DNA of 64,000 bases from Candidatus Woesearchaeota archaeon (GTDB taxonomy: Archaea; Nanobdellota; Nanobdellia; Woesearchaeales; UBA11576): the NCBI GenBank assembly GCA_018675335.1, contig JABGYH010000007.1:468986-532985 (forward strand). The letters are read 5' to 3'. The notes under the pieces are model-generated. The model was not told the origin of the DNA, searched no databases, and worked only from the letters and a program-made list of their open reading frames with translations. Position numbers and translations under genes: made by a program. This document shows positions 37,201-41,724 of the stretch, in pieces (the first letter of the stretch is position 1; every line of letters begins with the position of its first letter).

Positions 37201-39996
37201 AGCGATGATTATTTGCATGCAGAATTTGATTTAACTCAAGAAGAGTCTTCTAGTGTTGAGGTTATTACATTAAATTATGTTGAACCTTCTGTTGATTTTG
37301 AGGCTTTTGTAAATGTTAGTTTGCATCCAGAGTTAGGTTCTTTTGAAGAAGATGCTGTTTTATCAAGTGGGTTATTTGTATTTAATGAATTTAATGATGA
37401 CTTGTTTTTTGGTTGTGATTTTATTTATAATTCGTCTGGTTACTATTTTATGGGTGAATCTGATATTGATGAAACTAATTTGCCAATATCTGGTGTTGCT
37501 GATTCAGGAATTCTTAGTTTATCTTTTGATTCAGTTAACAATCAATCAACCTGTAGTTATGATGGTAATGAAATTACATTCAATGCAACTGTTGGAGAAG
37601 ATTATGTTTTAGCACTGGGGATGGGTCTTGATCGAGATGAAAATTGGGATAATGTTACAGGTGCAGGAAATGTTTCGATGGATGATTTAACATTTACAAC
37701 CATATCTCCTGGTTTTTTAGAATCATTCTTTGATGATTTTAGTCCTAATTTGAATTTATCATTTTATAATTTAGATGTGAATGAATTAGGAGTTAATTTT
37801 TCATCTATTGATTATTTACATTCCGAATTTGATTTAACTCAAGAAACAGGTTCTATTGTCGATATTATTACTTTTGATTATTTGGAAATTGGTGAAGATT
37901 TTGATGCATCAGTATATGTTAATTTGTTTCCCGAAATAGGATCATTTACTGAGGATGCTTATTTGTTTAATGCAATTTCTGTTTTTAATGTTGAAGATGA
38001 TGATTTATATTTTGGGTGTGAAGTTTCATATAATTCTTCTGGATATTATTTTAAAGGTAGGTCTGATATTGATGAAACTAATTTGCCGATAGGAGAAGTT
38101 TCTAGTTCAGGTTTAATTAATATGTCTTTTGACTCTGTTAATAACCAATCAACTTGTAGTTATGATGGTAATGAAATAATATTTAATGCAACTGTTGGAA
38201 GCGAATATATTTTAGCGTTAAATATGGGTCTTGATCGAGATTATGAATATACTAATGTCACTGGAATTGGAAATGTTTCGATGGATGATTTAACATTTAA
38301 TATTGAATCTCCTGGAGAATTAGAATCATTTTTTGATAATTTTTCAGAATTTAATGAAAGTTTTTATGATGTTTCAGATGAGGATAATGCAAGTTATGAA
38401 ACAACGCCTGCATTATTTATGAACGAAAGTATTGAAGATGATTCGGGAATATATGTTGATTTTTTAACTGAGGATTATGTACCTCTAAATAATTTTTCTC
38501 TTTCAATGGAGGTTAATTTAATTCCTCAAATTGGAAGTTTTGAAAATGGAACTTATTTATTGTCGTATGTTGGAGTGGTAAGCTCTGGCGAAGATGATGA
38601 TTGGTATGGGTGTGAATTAAGATATAATAGTTCGGGATATTTCTTTTCAGCAGTTTCAGAACCAGATTTTATTGGCACGAGCGCGCAAATTGTGGGTGAA
38701 GGAAAAATTACTTTTACTTATAATAGTTCAGATAATTCATCCGTTTGTTTATTTGATAATACTTCAATTCAATTTAGTGCTCCATTAGTTCCATTAGAAT
38801 TCAAAGTAGCAATGTCGATGGGAATTGATAATGATAATGAACAAACTTTTGGGAACGGCGAGGGTAATGTAACTATTGATAATCTAAATTATACTATAAT
38901 TCATACATTTGAAAATGATGTTCCAGTTATTCCTCAAACACCAGGTGGTGGAAGTGGTGGAGGTGGAAGTGATAATCCTGTGACTCATTATGTAATTCCA
39001 ACATATGACGGAGTGGATATTTCAGTAAATAGTAAAGATAAAATAACTTTGCTGTACGAAGGACAAGAGTATGATTATAAAATAAGTCAATTAACAACTT
39101 CATTATTGTTGCTTAGTAGACTTTATTCGCCTTACTTATACAATTTTGTTCCTGGTAGTGAAGTTACTATAGGTGTAAGTAATATTTTTGAAGATCAAGT
39201 TATTATAACTTACACTCAAATAGGAAAATTAGATGTGATGAATTTTAAATTGTATGCATCCCCTAAAAAACCAAATTATAATTTATTACCCCCTAAGAAA
39301 AAAGTATTTACTCCTATAATTGATGATCCTATAATCCCTGAGGAGGATACATTTATACCTGAAAAAATACTTGAAGAAATCCAAGATATGATTGAAGTTC
39401 CAGTACTAGAAGAAATGCCAAAAGAACCAATATGGGATAAAATAAAAAGTTTATTGTGGTTTGTATTATATGTATGTTTAATTTTAGGCGTGGTTGCTGG
39501 AGCAAGTTATGCAGTTCCAAAAACATATTCTTATTTGAGTTATGTGTGGCCATTAAGAAGATTTAACCCTTCAGATTTATTAAAAGGAAGACCACAACGA
39601 AAATTAGATCAAGTAAGTAATAAATTTGAATCAGTTAAACATGAAGATTCACAAATTGAAAAAATAGAACAGAATAAAGTGGAAACTTCCAAAGTAAAAA
39701 ATAATAAATTAGAACAAGTAATTGAACCGGTAAAAATAATTCCTGAAGTTAAACCAATTGAAAACCCAACCCCAATTGAAGAGTCAAATTCAGTTGAGTC
39801 TGATAATCAAATTATGGGACATGTTGATTTAAATGAAATTGATAGTAAAATAAATTTAGCATTTAAAAAATCCGAAATTGATAGTTTAGATGAACATGAT
39901 ACTCGAATTGATACAGTTCATGATGCGTTAGAAGAAATTAATCAAGCATTGGACAAAGTCAAAAAAGAAATGAAAGATTCGAATAAGAAAGAATAA
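19270..39996 (+). CDS. Giant (6,908 aa) cell-surface protein: N-terminal TM/signal, right-handed beta-helix modules, BspA/DUF285-type repeats, LamG domain, CARDB-like modules, tandem C-terminal repeats, C-terminal TM anchor
   Basis: Uninterrupted 20,727-nt ORF. N-terminal helix LAMVLIVTLLIGIGGIL. 14 + 5 repeats of F[ND]Q[DN]IssW[ND]VSNVtnMxxMF. LamG-like segment FSVWIYPTSS...LNIVGRYNGTNISIYVNG...IDEFMIFNRSLS at about 23385-23950. Seven modules start with a Cys-framed cap of the type ETCLxxxxxxITLDCQG. TM segment LLWFVLYVCLILGVVAGASYAV lies at about 39451-39516 and is followed by a ~160-aa tail. Confidence 0.85.
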   Translation: MNSINLKQISESQKLAMVLIVTLLIGIGGILSINLNSTNVGVASENNNNLFSDSINSFFSSKMGLTGYSVKDSGILDVGVDDSSENENLLEVQGEWTGCQSGPILTPGIFTLTQDDTTTETCFLISTDDLWIDCQGHTFTNDLGDSGVYVSNSRDNISVFNCTFINFSSGVDIHGASIGSNISYVNIYNSVYGIKLGSTSGGVTNSYFINNQIINTTQEAIKFDSFETNTGNYFINNYLQNFSKGFLIVSEDSAINYFYNNQLINGTIFGFQFGQNTTSILINNTISNVLQRSLELNSDAEVESIDTTLINAGLYAIDDTTDPGNYSSLIYNNSFGLINWTKEDLTIGAFDLEVGSTIFLEENNIGLADLPGLSSLDSFAQIEIKGVDFTGDPQLVKLGTNCSSPNCNVTSSLSGQYVKADVNGFSNYSIYQEETTQEYFTFQINTSHIAGTNFSFQADDANLTVWWNETNYTNYVDYDGLMWHNYSTEGIYNISVNGTASRISFYEGTEDALIDILTNVSNGVSGITSAYRMFMDADNFGITPLTEPNFFDELSENITTLQSIFSSSSFNQDVSNWNVSNVITMSESFSNSPFNQNIDNWDVSNVKDMSLMFNYAQDFNQNLSNWNVSNVLDMRNMFSGAFDFNGNITDWDVSNVINMNSMFNNALNFNQNISSWNVSNVTNMGYMFRSTYDFNQDIGSWDVSNVEQMDFMFNIVSDFNQDISAWNVSKVTNMNSMFRQSESFNQNLSSWDVSNVQNMRNMFYNSVFDQDISSWNVSNAVDMSYMFYDSIFDQNISSWDVSNVTDMTHMFQNSDFNQNISSWNVSNLIDMGYMFWNSQFNQSIGEWDVSSVTNMNSTFIYSQFDQDISSWNVSNVVDMSYMFYDSFFDQDIGAWNVSSVTDMSGMFESYQLSRENYDSLLNGWAELTLTDSVIFGAGNSQYCLGETARNSILTNESEYNWTITDGGKNCSGISFDPTNKFTFQINTSHIAGTNFSFQADDANLTVWWNETNYTNYTDYTGLMWHNYSADGIYNISVNGTASRISFFEGAEDALIDILTNISLGVSGITNAENMFRDTVNFGITQLTEPNFFDEISENITTMQYMFSGSKFNQDISSWDVSNVTNMYVLFGNSPFNQDISSWNVSNVGTMGYMFSNTIFNQDISSWDVSNVVVMANMFANSFFNQDISSWDVSNVTNMYAMFGNSPFNQDIGSWNVSNVINLQYMFQDSQLSRENYDSLLNGWAELTLTDSVNFEAGNSQYCLGEESRNDTLIDTYNWVITDGGKNCSGIINNLPIINDLILNSTNNLINNTNQNLTSYWTVSDDDEDSVKNITDWKVNGTSLFIANIPFEGGSNFSFTKDYSPIENEIIVNGADWISTGGFDGRGAYDFTQNTDVVSIMSSANNDLTGKYGITFSVWIYPTSSSAWSRIFYRKWSTVDEDPWSAYSMYFDDAGKIGFALTLDDNNAYGTTTSSAIPLNQWLNIVGRYNGTNISIYVNGVLNNTAQGNGSLIPLGDPIINGNIDIGKNTFKTTQTFSGLIDEFMIFNRSLSDEQIFVIYENKSNILVSEETTTGENWSFCVTPNDGIGDGNQVCSNEVEILGGDCDYYINSCGNLNNPGNYCLTENLTSSETCLTLNNNSITLDCQGYNVTGDNSVDNSQGITSPEGNFENGTIQNCEISGFEQGIYLNNFNNVLIFNNTVFNNYFGQSGAGIYLSGGVNVSLSDNNIYDNYEYGISLNQVSNSSIFNNLIYNISDGASWVSKGIYSDASFNLTFFNNFINSSSDGFYGSGNYINFSNNQIWNMNTTGAKLNNINNSILEYNIMTNMRPASTSIRISNPINLSFRFNNLTNVSRLLSIGETLENQILLESNNFNSYYLYTYNINLGSVSILADNNYWNGSTCEQIMSMVDHDDDSKFFLTNVLNDSWPQGIPEDCGELYCGQFVNESKNLTENRQCEHEWIKIVEDNITIDGLNNLINYSRGTRTSNGITALNVVNITVQNCSLLRPDGYQQDQPAIYFENVSQSEIFNNSFNILGYEHYSYPVYLYESQLIDVYDNYMNTECYYCYGVFTKNSDQITIHNNTVNTSMLDAHGFKSEYSTNIDYFLNNITANAYLSEGFRIEDSENVSIINNFFNATSYSSNPVNAQSTINLTIESNEFLTPGSGGLSISGTQYSHFDHNIANNNTIDGFSIWVNKSVQNHQLNNELLNDFGQVICLNCENVSYYNTTFGIDGLGLFGGTNISLINSSFSTSTSGSILDYTLANFNFLNSSINGAGPTNYGLVINSINATIQNSLINTAGSGVDSIQVNSEGFVINNSEIFSGPLALRLNNADFSFVDNINTTTVSGQGIVLEWSDFVIIKNSNINSTSYSLRNYYSDNNLFENLDLYSESNCGLFLYAGDAENLTLKDSIIKHNSANSVCSQDNNIMARLLNTSFNHSKNFSFSNSDGAIFVDWYVQFNVTNITEEQLDLAEIQILNVTGDLIESVNTNSSGLTEMLTIREFNQTSSNKTMMTPHDVTIDLAGFEQENFMLNLSETESTLQNITLIPTGYYQEVSECGVLDTEDMYYKLVADLESNETCITIAAEGITLDCQEHSINYSINESFGYGINNSGYTEVNINNCTVKTSSGWGAGPAIYFNGSQGGIHNSNITMPEDNSAIYVDYPTVSVNISNNYISAVGASGEGITFAGFNSYIENNFIEVDVVDAIRIVQYGFANKIFNNTIYSELATQIGINIVDSYNQGNPNGLNNNISSNKLTNSQIWIQNSNNNFLEDNKINSTEYNSIGLINSFNLSIDSSNLVEGFSVYYNESIENEILLENEIVNETYGQIICNNCSNITYNNVTFGSDGITFFNSANISINNSRGISGVGSLVWAYNSKDINITFSVFNSSQEEEDGMSLFSLNLYQSNNSNIYGNTFIADKTDTFSLYYSSVNDVFVSNNLFDLNSYRSRGISCGSCTGELSFNYNNFSIGGNYSQAFYYLPSHAEISHNKFNSSNVIEDLSYVLDSNIFDSTNLTIYNNSFYGYLRLMNLRGYSYNVSNNYFDMDDSDQSLLTLSTSNSFFNNNIMGCPSNYCVQLVAGTNNNFTNNTLIGDDSIVIDDGSGIFIDGELNTTGIYFSGSAAGNITIAQSVYFNITNSTLDGLDNSQVLVNDLFGAGVINAMTNSTGLTGYYVLNEFLENKTERINYSPHQVNVSLAGYNSNNSLVNISELEDFEIQKTLEIFVGGSLAIQQNEPAEFLLIDNGAIFNYSVNISCQDGPCGNITLILDPQDSEEKGNVTLDSSGDKTKQIVSINSVNLEDNNSFLYDVQLSGCYLTEGQSDAYDGFFDLNVNYSEYGGLRFEDNSLEGWANCESQIISDLNITRKIYVSDQENWIRYLEILQNPTEQEICVNVSISGDLGSDSSTVCVNTSDGDNDFTIADSWFITDDEGDLGGGSENDPTLAFVFQEDNFGVERIDSAYCADGDDMPYWQWNDTCVFPGETKILMHYGVQQTDRSAALVEVLDIQENFLSEIHTARMSDAEQEQIINWGFSKGVIPNGSGNPFYTVSENPRTSITDNCLTNMQADESCEINWTVHTNSSGGDYTFFVIAESDISEVLGVLSSNVTILVDGANPELVSKQPQNDAIFGDGPISQDFNCTFSDDVNLSNISLYITDETDQNFVLNSSQNKIGLENTSDWNLDLIDGNYTWACLAKDQFGKQAWSQNNTVEVGYSGFLIDECINITLPGNYILSNSINSISGNCININVSNVNLDCLENTISSSNMNNGINVEDADNISITGCSFENLSRGINIVGNYGIYLNNLNINRNQVTSNNVSYGIYLYYINNSIIQNNLFESLPYAIYGDYSDNLLVQNNNFDSGDSVLRIYYVNNLSFNQNNLTSISSDVINLQGVLLGSGDKLNISQNNFIDTSSTLYFSGAFNVSAQQNYWNSTSCSEIISKIGYQGGTKFEFEPFLDDVWPAGEEQDCGEEIYCGMIIDESINLTQDLSCDSNGLNFGGSNLVIDCKGYKIKSENIYSYYTAIRDLYNSNNTIQNCSVEQFRSGVGGDGTNLTIKYNNFTNHTSLLSYYGSVNLSYNNFFNISETFLLVDGEIIAENNYWNSTDCNEISNKISRNHLGSNIVFYPVLDAPWPIGQPRDCQSPYCNEFLNHSIILTEDLNCLVNGLIIDNENITVDCAGHTIRYSGDDYYSDYTTGLNIERTNATIKNCNVSNFYDGIRGYFTDRINLSDIEIYNSSQFGITFNNVPYSNLNNLSLINNERAIEFQDQPDTNVTNSLIYNTQLMDYVNVDLLRLHGTNLFFENITIENISAEYCSSFSAINVRDMSHSEFRNVVIKNMSNPGGCDSYYEANGIYVSSYGYTYDNITFVNLDIQNVSDKSIYTPYAAEINYVFDTENGTISWQNKSAVDINATSFVLGEQVFIEENLLGLADNELLSNLNSTAQLIFKGLGHPAEPEILKNGVLCGEEEGCNVTYFNSQEDMLIVEVDSFSNYSTQLNLIDYEFSVEVGENVTGSVGENVSYVVNVTNEGLISDNYTIYLDSNETDYANINQTEFDQVGFGEQISFNLTTRDDSPGDYLAGVYVRSEGNNSNDLLIQFNTTFETQAGIINVTKLNPLGSEETVQYNTIFNYSILVGCELGDCGNISSELFRYNNTEIEIVPYWSGNPYRSINPTPKNYTNYSCLGNMTQGDTCQLDWLVFSEELPGLNSMVYANLSSDVLGFSNTMSDEVNITMDYISGNLNQTRIVPISNQLFKSPDDYINYTILVGCNVISGCNDLTVSLYWYNNTDHELVPYNSGTPFRDIISNPKTKFTDECLDDMLFEETCQLEWGIIVDSNVPNSEYDIYSNITSSSEGILPIVTEELNITIGETTEIEINLIEPQNTITNFTQNEFNNYSVNISCVGSNDCGIITAGVYFQNISNDTFEQVFSFYDVSDLTSIARYDYSGESIFSFSEYNKSLNSISEGGDYVYLASTEDDIYQYDLVTGELTNNWDAVMDGDIGWATEVVSDNQSNFYYTTLASEVVAKRNSSGDSQWYYNFDESASQSIEGIALSNDDRLFLYSEENLTILNNLDSETPSFYANLTYEGETIKAVVAEHNSNRMFFVVTKDDTTGNLSFYQYDDGDGVTWNGDELTGSLSFLPADYNISSESDALLGAEMTAWVYPVVLFKNKDDSYAYNLISFEWNFENVFINSQIRPGNESESYSNYNLRTEKSGDDPVTTVSATSTAGDGKILIHDYNGNYISEYNYSQLPINLVSFNLNGLNIAESANETIPFNFGAYFYVNTSNPTQTNFLLSGESEIINWYVNATGPLFSSYILQSESYLSETPFVNSSSQILNITIVSAGESNFSGLVELTNPIVCSNGYTSGNGDFNISNETVICENGLLEVMGDINIFESMQGDSEFIEVNNFTLDEIGYVDFVEENYIGSVNIPVDISFVDQNYSPDWDSGIGEFRITFNEANKIGVYLDNVPENVIYMIDTDGNSSLGVNFGGPMNGTEVIFGNIGGNYVAGCWNETAPMEQPFTFLESGDYCDNSFHSNIGSNTTVIYDTFGTAAEYVFDVTSGWHEEELLVWVVQFNASAGDNGEMGYTLFASTNLSGFGEVESGSEGNLIIRNVTLKPEGSINSFGNLSINYSIVEFQMTENGSSNFSIGSGEYDQEYSAIANISLSEIRSNDSEYYWGFRVYGVDHVTLFDNDFSDSGLVGDQWGWTHDNRFGQCYNLSIVSNIFSNSAEQRSVNLADTIYDLEFVSNEIKNYASLSISDILGENTSVVISSNILGSLFIENLNDTLFENNTIIGSMILANEAEQNSSNNTFLNNNFQGGIIDNNYLFENVLVYNNSYGEFRVESNNISIEPGPYSLGLGMSELFIENNNITIETIFESWNATLKFYDLPWSGGVNLTRNNILQLECNYYECEYNNITGIMQVNQTELPIDVTYSTVGNMGVFEEHTFLESFFDDFSPNLNLSFYELDLDELGVIFSSDDYLHAEFDLTQEESSSVEVITLNYVEPSVDFEAFVNVSLHPELGSFEEDAVLSSGLFVFNEFNDDLFFGCDFIYNSSGYYFMGESDIDETNLPISGVADSGILSLSFDSVNNQSTCSYDGNEITFNATVGEDYVLALGMGLDRDENWDNVTGAGNVSMDDLTFTTISPGFLESFFDDFSPNLNLSFYNLDVNELGVNFSSIDYLHSEFDLTQETGSIVDIITFDYLEIGEDFDASVYVNLFPEIGSFTEDAYLFNAISVFNVEDDDLYFGCEVSYNSSGYYFKGRSDIDETNLPIGEVSSSGLINMSFDSVNNQSTCSYDGNEIIFNATVGSEYILALNMGLDRDYEYTNVTGIGNVSMDDLTFNIESPGELESFFDNFSEFNESFYDVSDEDNASYETTPALFMNESIEDDSGIYVDFLTEDYVPLNNFSLSMEVNLIPQIGSFENGTYLLSYVGVVSSGEDDDWYGCELRYNSSGYFFSAVSEPDFIGTSAQIVGEGKITFTYNSSDNSSVCLFDNTSIQFSAPLVPLEFKVAMSMGIDNDNEQTFGNGEGNVTIDNLNYTIIHTFENDVPVIPQTPGGGSGGGGSDNPVTHYVIPTYDGVDISVNSKDKITLLYEGQEYDYKISQLTTSLLLLSRLYSPYLYNFVPGSEVTIGVSNIFEDQVIITYTQIGKLDVMNFKLYASPKKPNYNLLPPKKKVFTPIIDDPIIPEEDTFIPEKILEEIQDMIEVPVLEEMPKEPIWDKIKSLLWFVLYVCLILGVVAGASYAVPKTYSYLSYVWPLRRFNPSDLLKGRPQRKLDQVSNKFESVKHEDSQIEKIEQNKVETSKVKNNKLEQVIEPVKIIPEVKPIENPTPIEESNSVESDNQIMGHVDLNEIDSKINLAFKKSEIDSLDEHDTRIDTVHDALEEINQALDKVKKEMKDSNKKE
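20960..21990 (+). repeat. Array of 14 in-frame 24-25-aa BspA/DUF285-type leucine-rich repeats (coding)
   Basis: I counted W[ND]VS[NKS]..M...[MT]F units in the translated giant ORF. The period is 72-75 nt. Confidence 0.85.
22585..22950 (+). repeat. Second array of 5 BspA/DUF285-type repeats (coding), part of a duplicated cassette
   Basis: Same repeat consensus as the first array. Two ~110-nt stretches inside it (about 22602-22712 and 22824-22934) are nearly identical. Confidence 0.8.
37111..38919 (+). repeat. Three tandem 603-nt (201-aa) coding repeats near the C-terminus of the giant protein
   Basis: Units start at 37111, 37714 and 38317 with FLESFFDDFSPNLNLSFY / FLESFFDDFSPNLNLSFY / ELESFFDNFSEFNESFY. 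Copies 1 and 2 are clearly more similar to each other than to copy 3. Confidence 0.85.
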
Positions 39997-40022
39997 ACTA
40001 GTTTAATTCTATGTTTGTAAGT

Positions 40023-40060
40023 TCACTGGACACTGGACAGTTGCGTGTGAGCTATTTAAA
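40023..40060 (+). promoter_or_regulatory. Conserved GC-rich element (copy 1) fused to a TATA-like box
   Basis: tcactggacactggacagttgcgtgtgagctat + ttaaa. The first 33 nt are identical to 56866-56898. Contains the tandem heptamer ACTGGAC-ACTGGAC and ends in tatttaaa. Confidence 0.6.
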
Positions 40061-40212
40061 TGATCAACTTAACCTATTCTTTGTTGTAAACAAGCACTCC
40101 CGATCAAAGTCCTCTTTACCCTTGTTTGCAACGACCTCCATTTCCTGAGGCCAAAGTTGTCTATAATTTAAGGGAAATTGAAACAAAAAGCGAAAGCAAG
40201 GGGGAAAAGAAA

Positions 40213-40470
40213 ATGGAAAAAACAATGCCAGTTAAAGTTTTCAAAGTAGGTGCTATTTCTGCTTCAATTTGGGTTAATAAAATTCAAAAAGATGGAAAAG
40301 AATTTGCATATAGTACTATAAGTTTAGAACGCAATTACAAGGATCGAGAAGGTCAGTGGAAAAAAACTAATTCAATGAGACTTAATGATATTCCCAAAGC
40401 TACACTTATTTTGAATAAATCGTATGAATATTTAGCAATGGAACATCCAGAATTAGCGCAAATGGCGTAA
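40213..40470 (+). CDS. Small (85 aa) putative ssDNA-binding protein, tentatively PC4/YdbC-like
   Basis: ATG 40213 is preceded by AAGGGGG. The TTG 40126 extension lies inside a predicted leader hairpin. ISASIWVNK...ISLERNYKDREGQWKKTNSMRLNDIPKATLIL resembles the PC4-like beta-sheet plus helix pattern. The function call is weak. Confidence 0.4.
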   Translation: MEKTMPVKVFKVGAISASIWVNKIQKDGKEFAYSTISLERNYKDREGQWKKTNSMRLNDIPKATLILNKSYEYLAMEHPELAQMA

Positions 40471-40533
40471 TTTGCAAAAAATAATACTTAATAGATAATA
40501 CACACAATTTTAAATATATGAGGTGATTAACAA

Positions 40534-41583
40534 ATGGCGAGTAAATCTGAAAAAAATAAAACTGAAGAAATTATGCCTGAAATTGGCGTTGAAGATATTC
40601 TTCCAACATCATTAAAAATGGAATCCGAATCAAATAACGAAGTAAAAGAAAAAGAATTTACATTATATGACTTGCCAGGAGTGGGAGCTGCAACTGCTGA
40701 AAAACTTAAAGAATCAGGATATGATACTGTGATGTCTATTGCTATAGCATCTCCTGGAAAACTAACTGATGATGTTGGTGTAAGTGAAGGAGTTGCTCGA
40801 AAAATGATAAATGCTGCTCGTGATTCTTTAAGCATGGGATTTGTTTCTGGAGATGAGATTTTAAAGAAAAGAGCAAATGTAGTAAAGATTCCTACTAGTA
40901 GTGCGATGTTTGATGAATTAATGGGAGGCGGTTTTGAAACATCTGCAATTACTGAAGTTTTTTCAGAATTTGGTGGTGGAAAAACTCAAATTGGTCACAT
41001 ATTATCTGTGAATATTATTAAACAACTTCCTGATGCGTATGTTGTGTATGTAGATACAGAAAATACATTTCGTCCGGAAAGAATTATACAATTAGCAAAG
41101 GGCGCAGGAGTTGATCCTTCTGAAGTTTTAAAAAGAATAAAAGTTGCGAAAGCGTATAACTCTGATCATCAAATGTTACTTGTAGAAAAAGTACAAGACT
41201 TAATTAATAATGATAATCTTAATGTAAAATTAGTTGTTGTGGATTCGTTAACTTCTCATTTTAGAGCAGAATTTATTGGAAGAGGAACTCTTGCAGAAAG
41301 ACAGCAGAAATTGAATAAACACATGCATACTCTTGCAAGACTTGCAGATTCAAATAATTTATGTGTTTATGTAACCAATCAAGTTATGTCTAAACCTGAT
41401 CAATTTTTTGGAGATCCAACTACTGCAATTGGAGGGCATATTGTAGGTCACGCATCTACGTTTAGGATTTATTTAAGAAAAGGTCGTAAAGGTTCGAGAG
41501 TTGCAAAACTTGTAGATTCGCCAAATTTGCCTGAAGGGGAAGCTAATTTTATGGTTGTCGAAGAAGGTTTAAAAGACCTTTAA
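40534..41583 (+). CDS. radA: DNA repair and recombination protein RadA
   Basis: GAGGTGA SD at 40520-40526. N-terminal HhH (LPGVGAATAEKLKESGY), Walker A SEFGGGKTQ and Walker B LVVVDSLTSHFRAE. Length is typical of archaeal RadA. Confidence 0.92.
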   Translation: MASKSEKNKTEEIMPEIGVEDILPTSLKMESESNNEVKEKEFTLYDLPGVGAATAEKLKESGYDTVMSIAIASPGKLTDDVGVSEGVARKMINAARDSLSMGFVSGDEILKKRANVVKIPTSSAMFDELMGGGFETSAITEVFSEFGGGKTQIGHILSVNIIKQLPDAYVVYVDTENTFRPERIIQLAKGAGVDPSEVLKRIKVAKAYNSDHQMLLVEKVQDLINNDNLNVKLVVVDSLTSHFRAEFIGRGTLAERQQKLNKHMHTLARLADSNNLCVYVTNQVMSKPDQFFGDPTTAIGGHIVGHASTFRIYLRKGRKGSRVAKLVDSPNLPEGEANFMVVEEGLKDL

Positions 41584-41724
41584 ACTCATTTTTTCTTTTA
41601 TTTTCTTTTTTAAATAATTATTTAGGCTATTTCTTTCTCGATAATTTTAAATACTACTTTACGTTTTAGATTAGTATTGTAGCTTGTCTACAAGATTAAA
41701 ACTAATTTATAGGTGTTATATAGC

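Noticed and set aside
19270-39996. Diversity-generating retroelement targeting of the giant protein
   Set aside because: The window has no reverse transcriptase and no non-coding template repeat. Mismatches between the internal repeat copies (for example 37111 vs 37714) involve all bases and are not restricted to adenines.
40126-40212. TTG-initiated 29-codon N-terminal extension of the small PC4-like protein (ORF-track start)
   Set aside because: It has no SD and the TTG lies inside a 14-bp predicted stem. A good SD (AAGGGGG) precedes ATG 40213.
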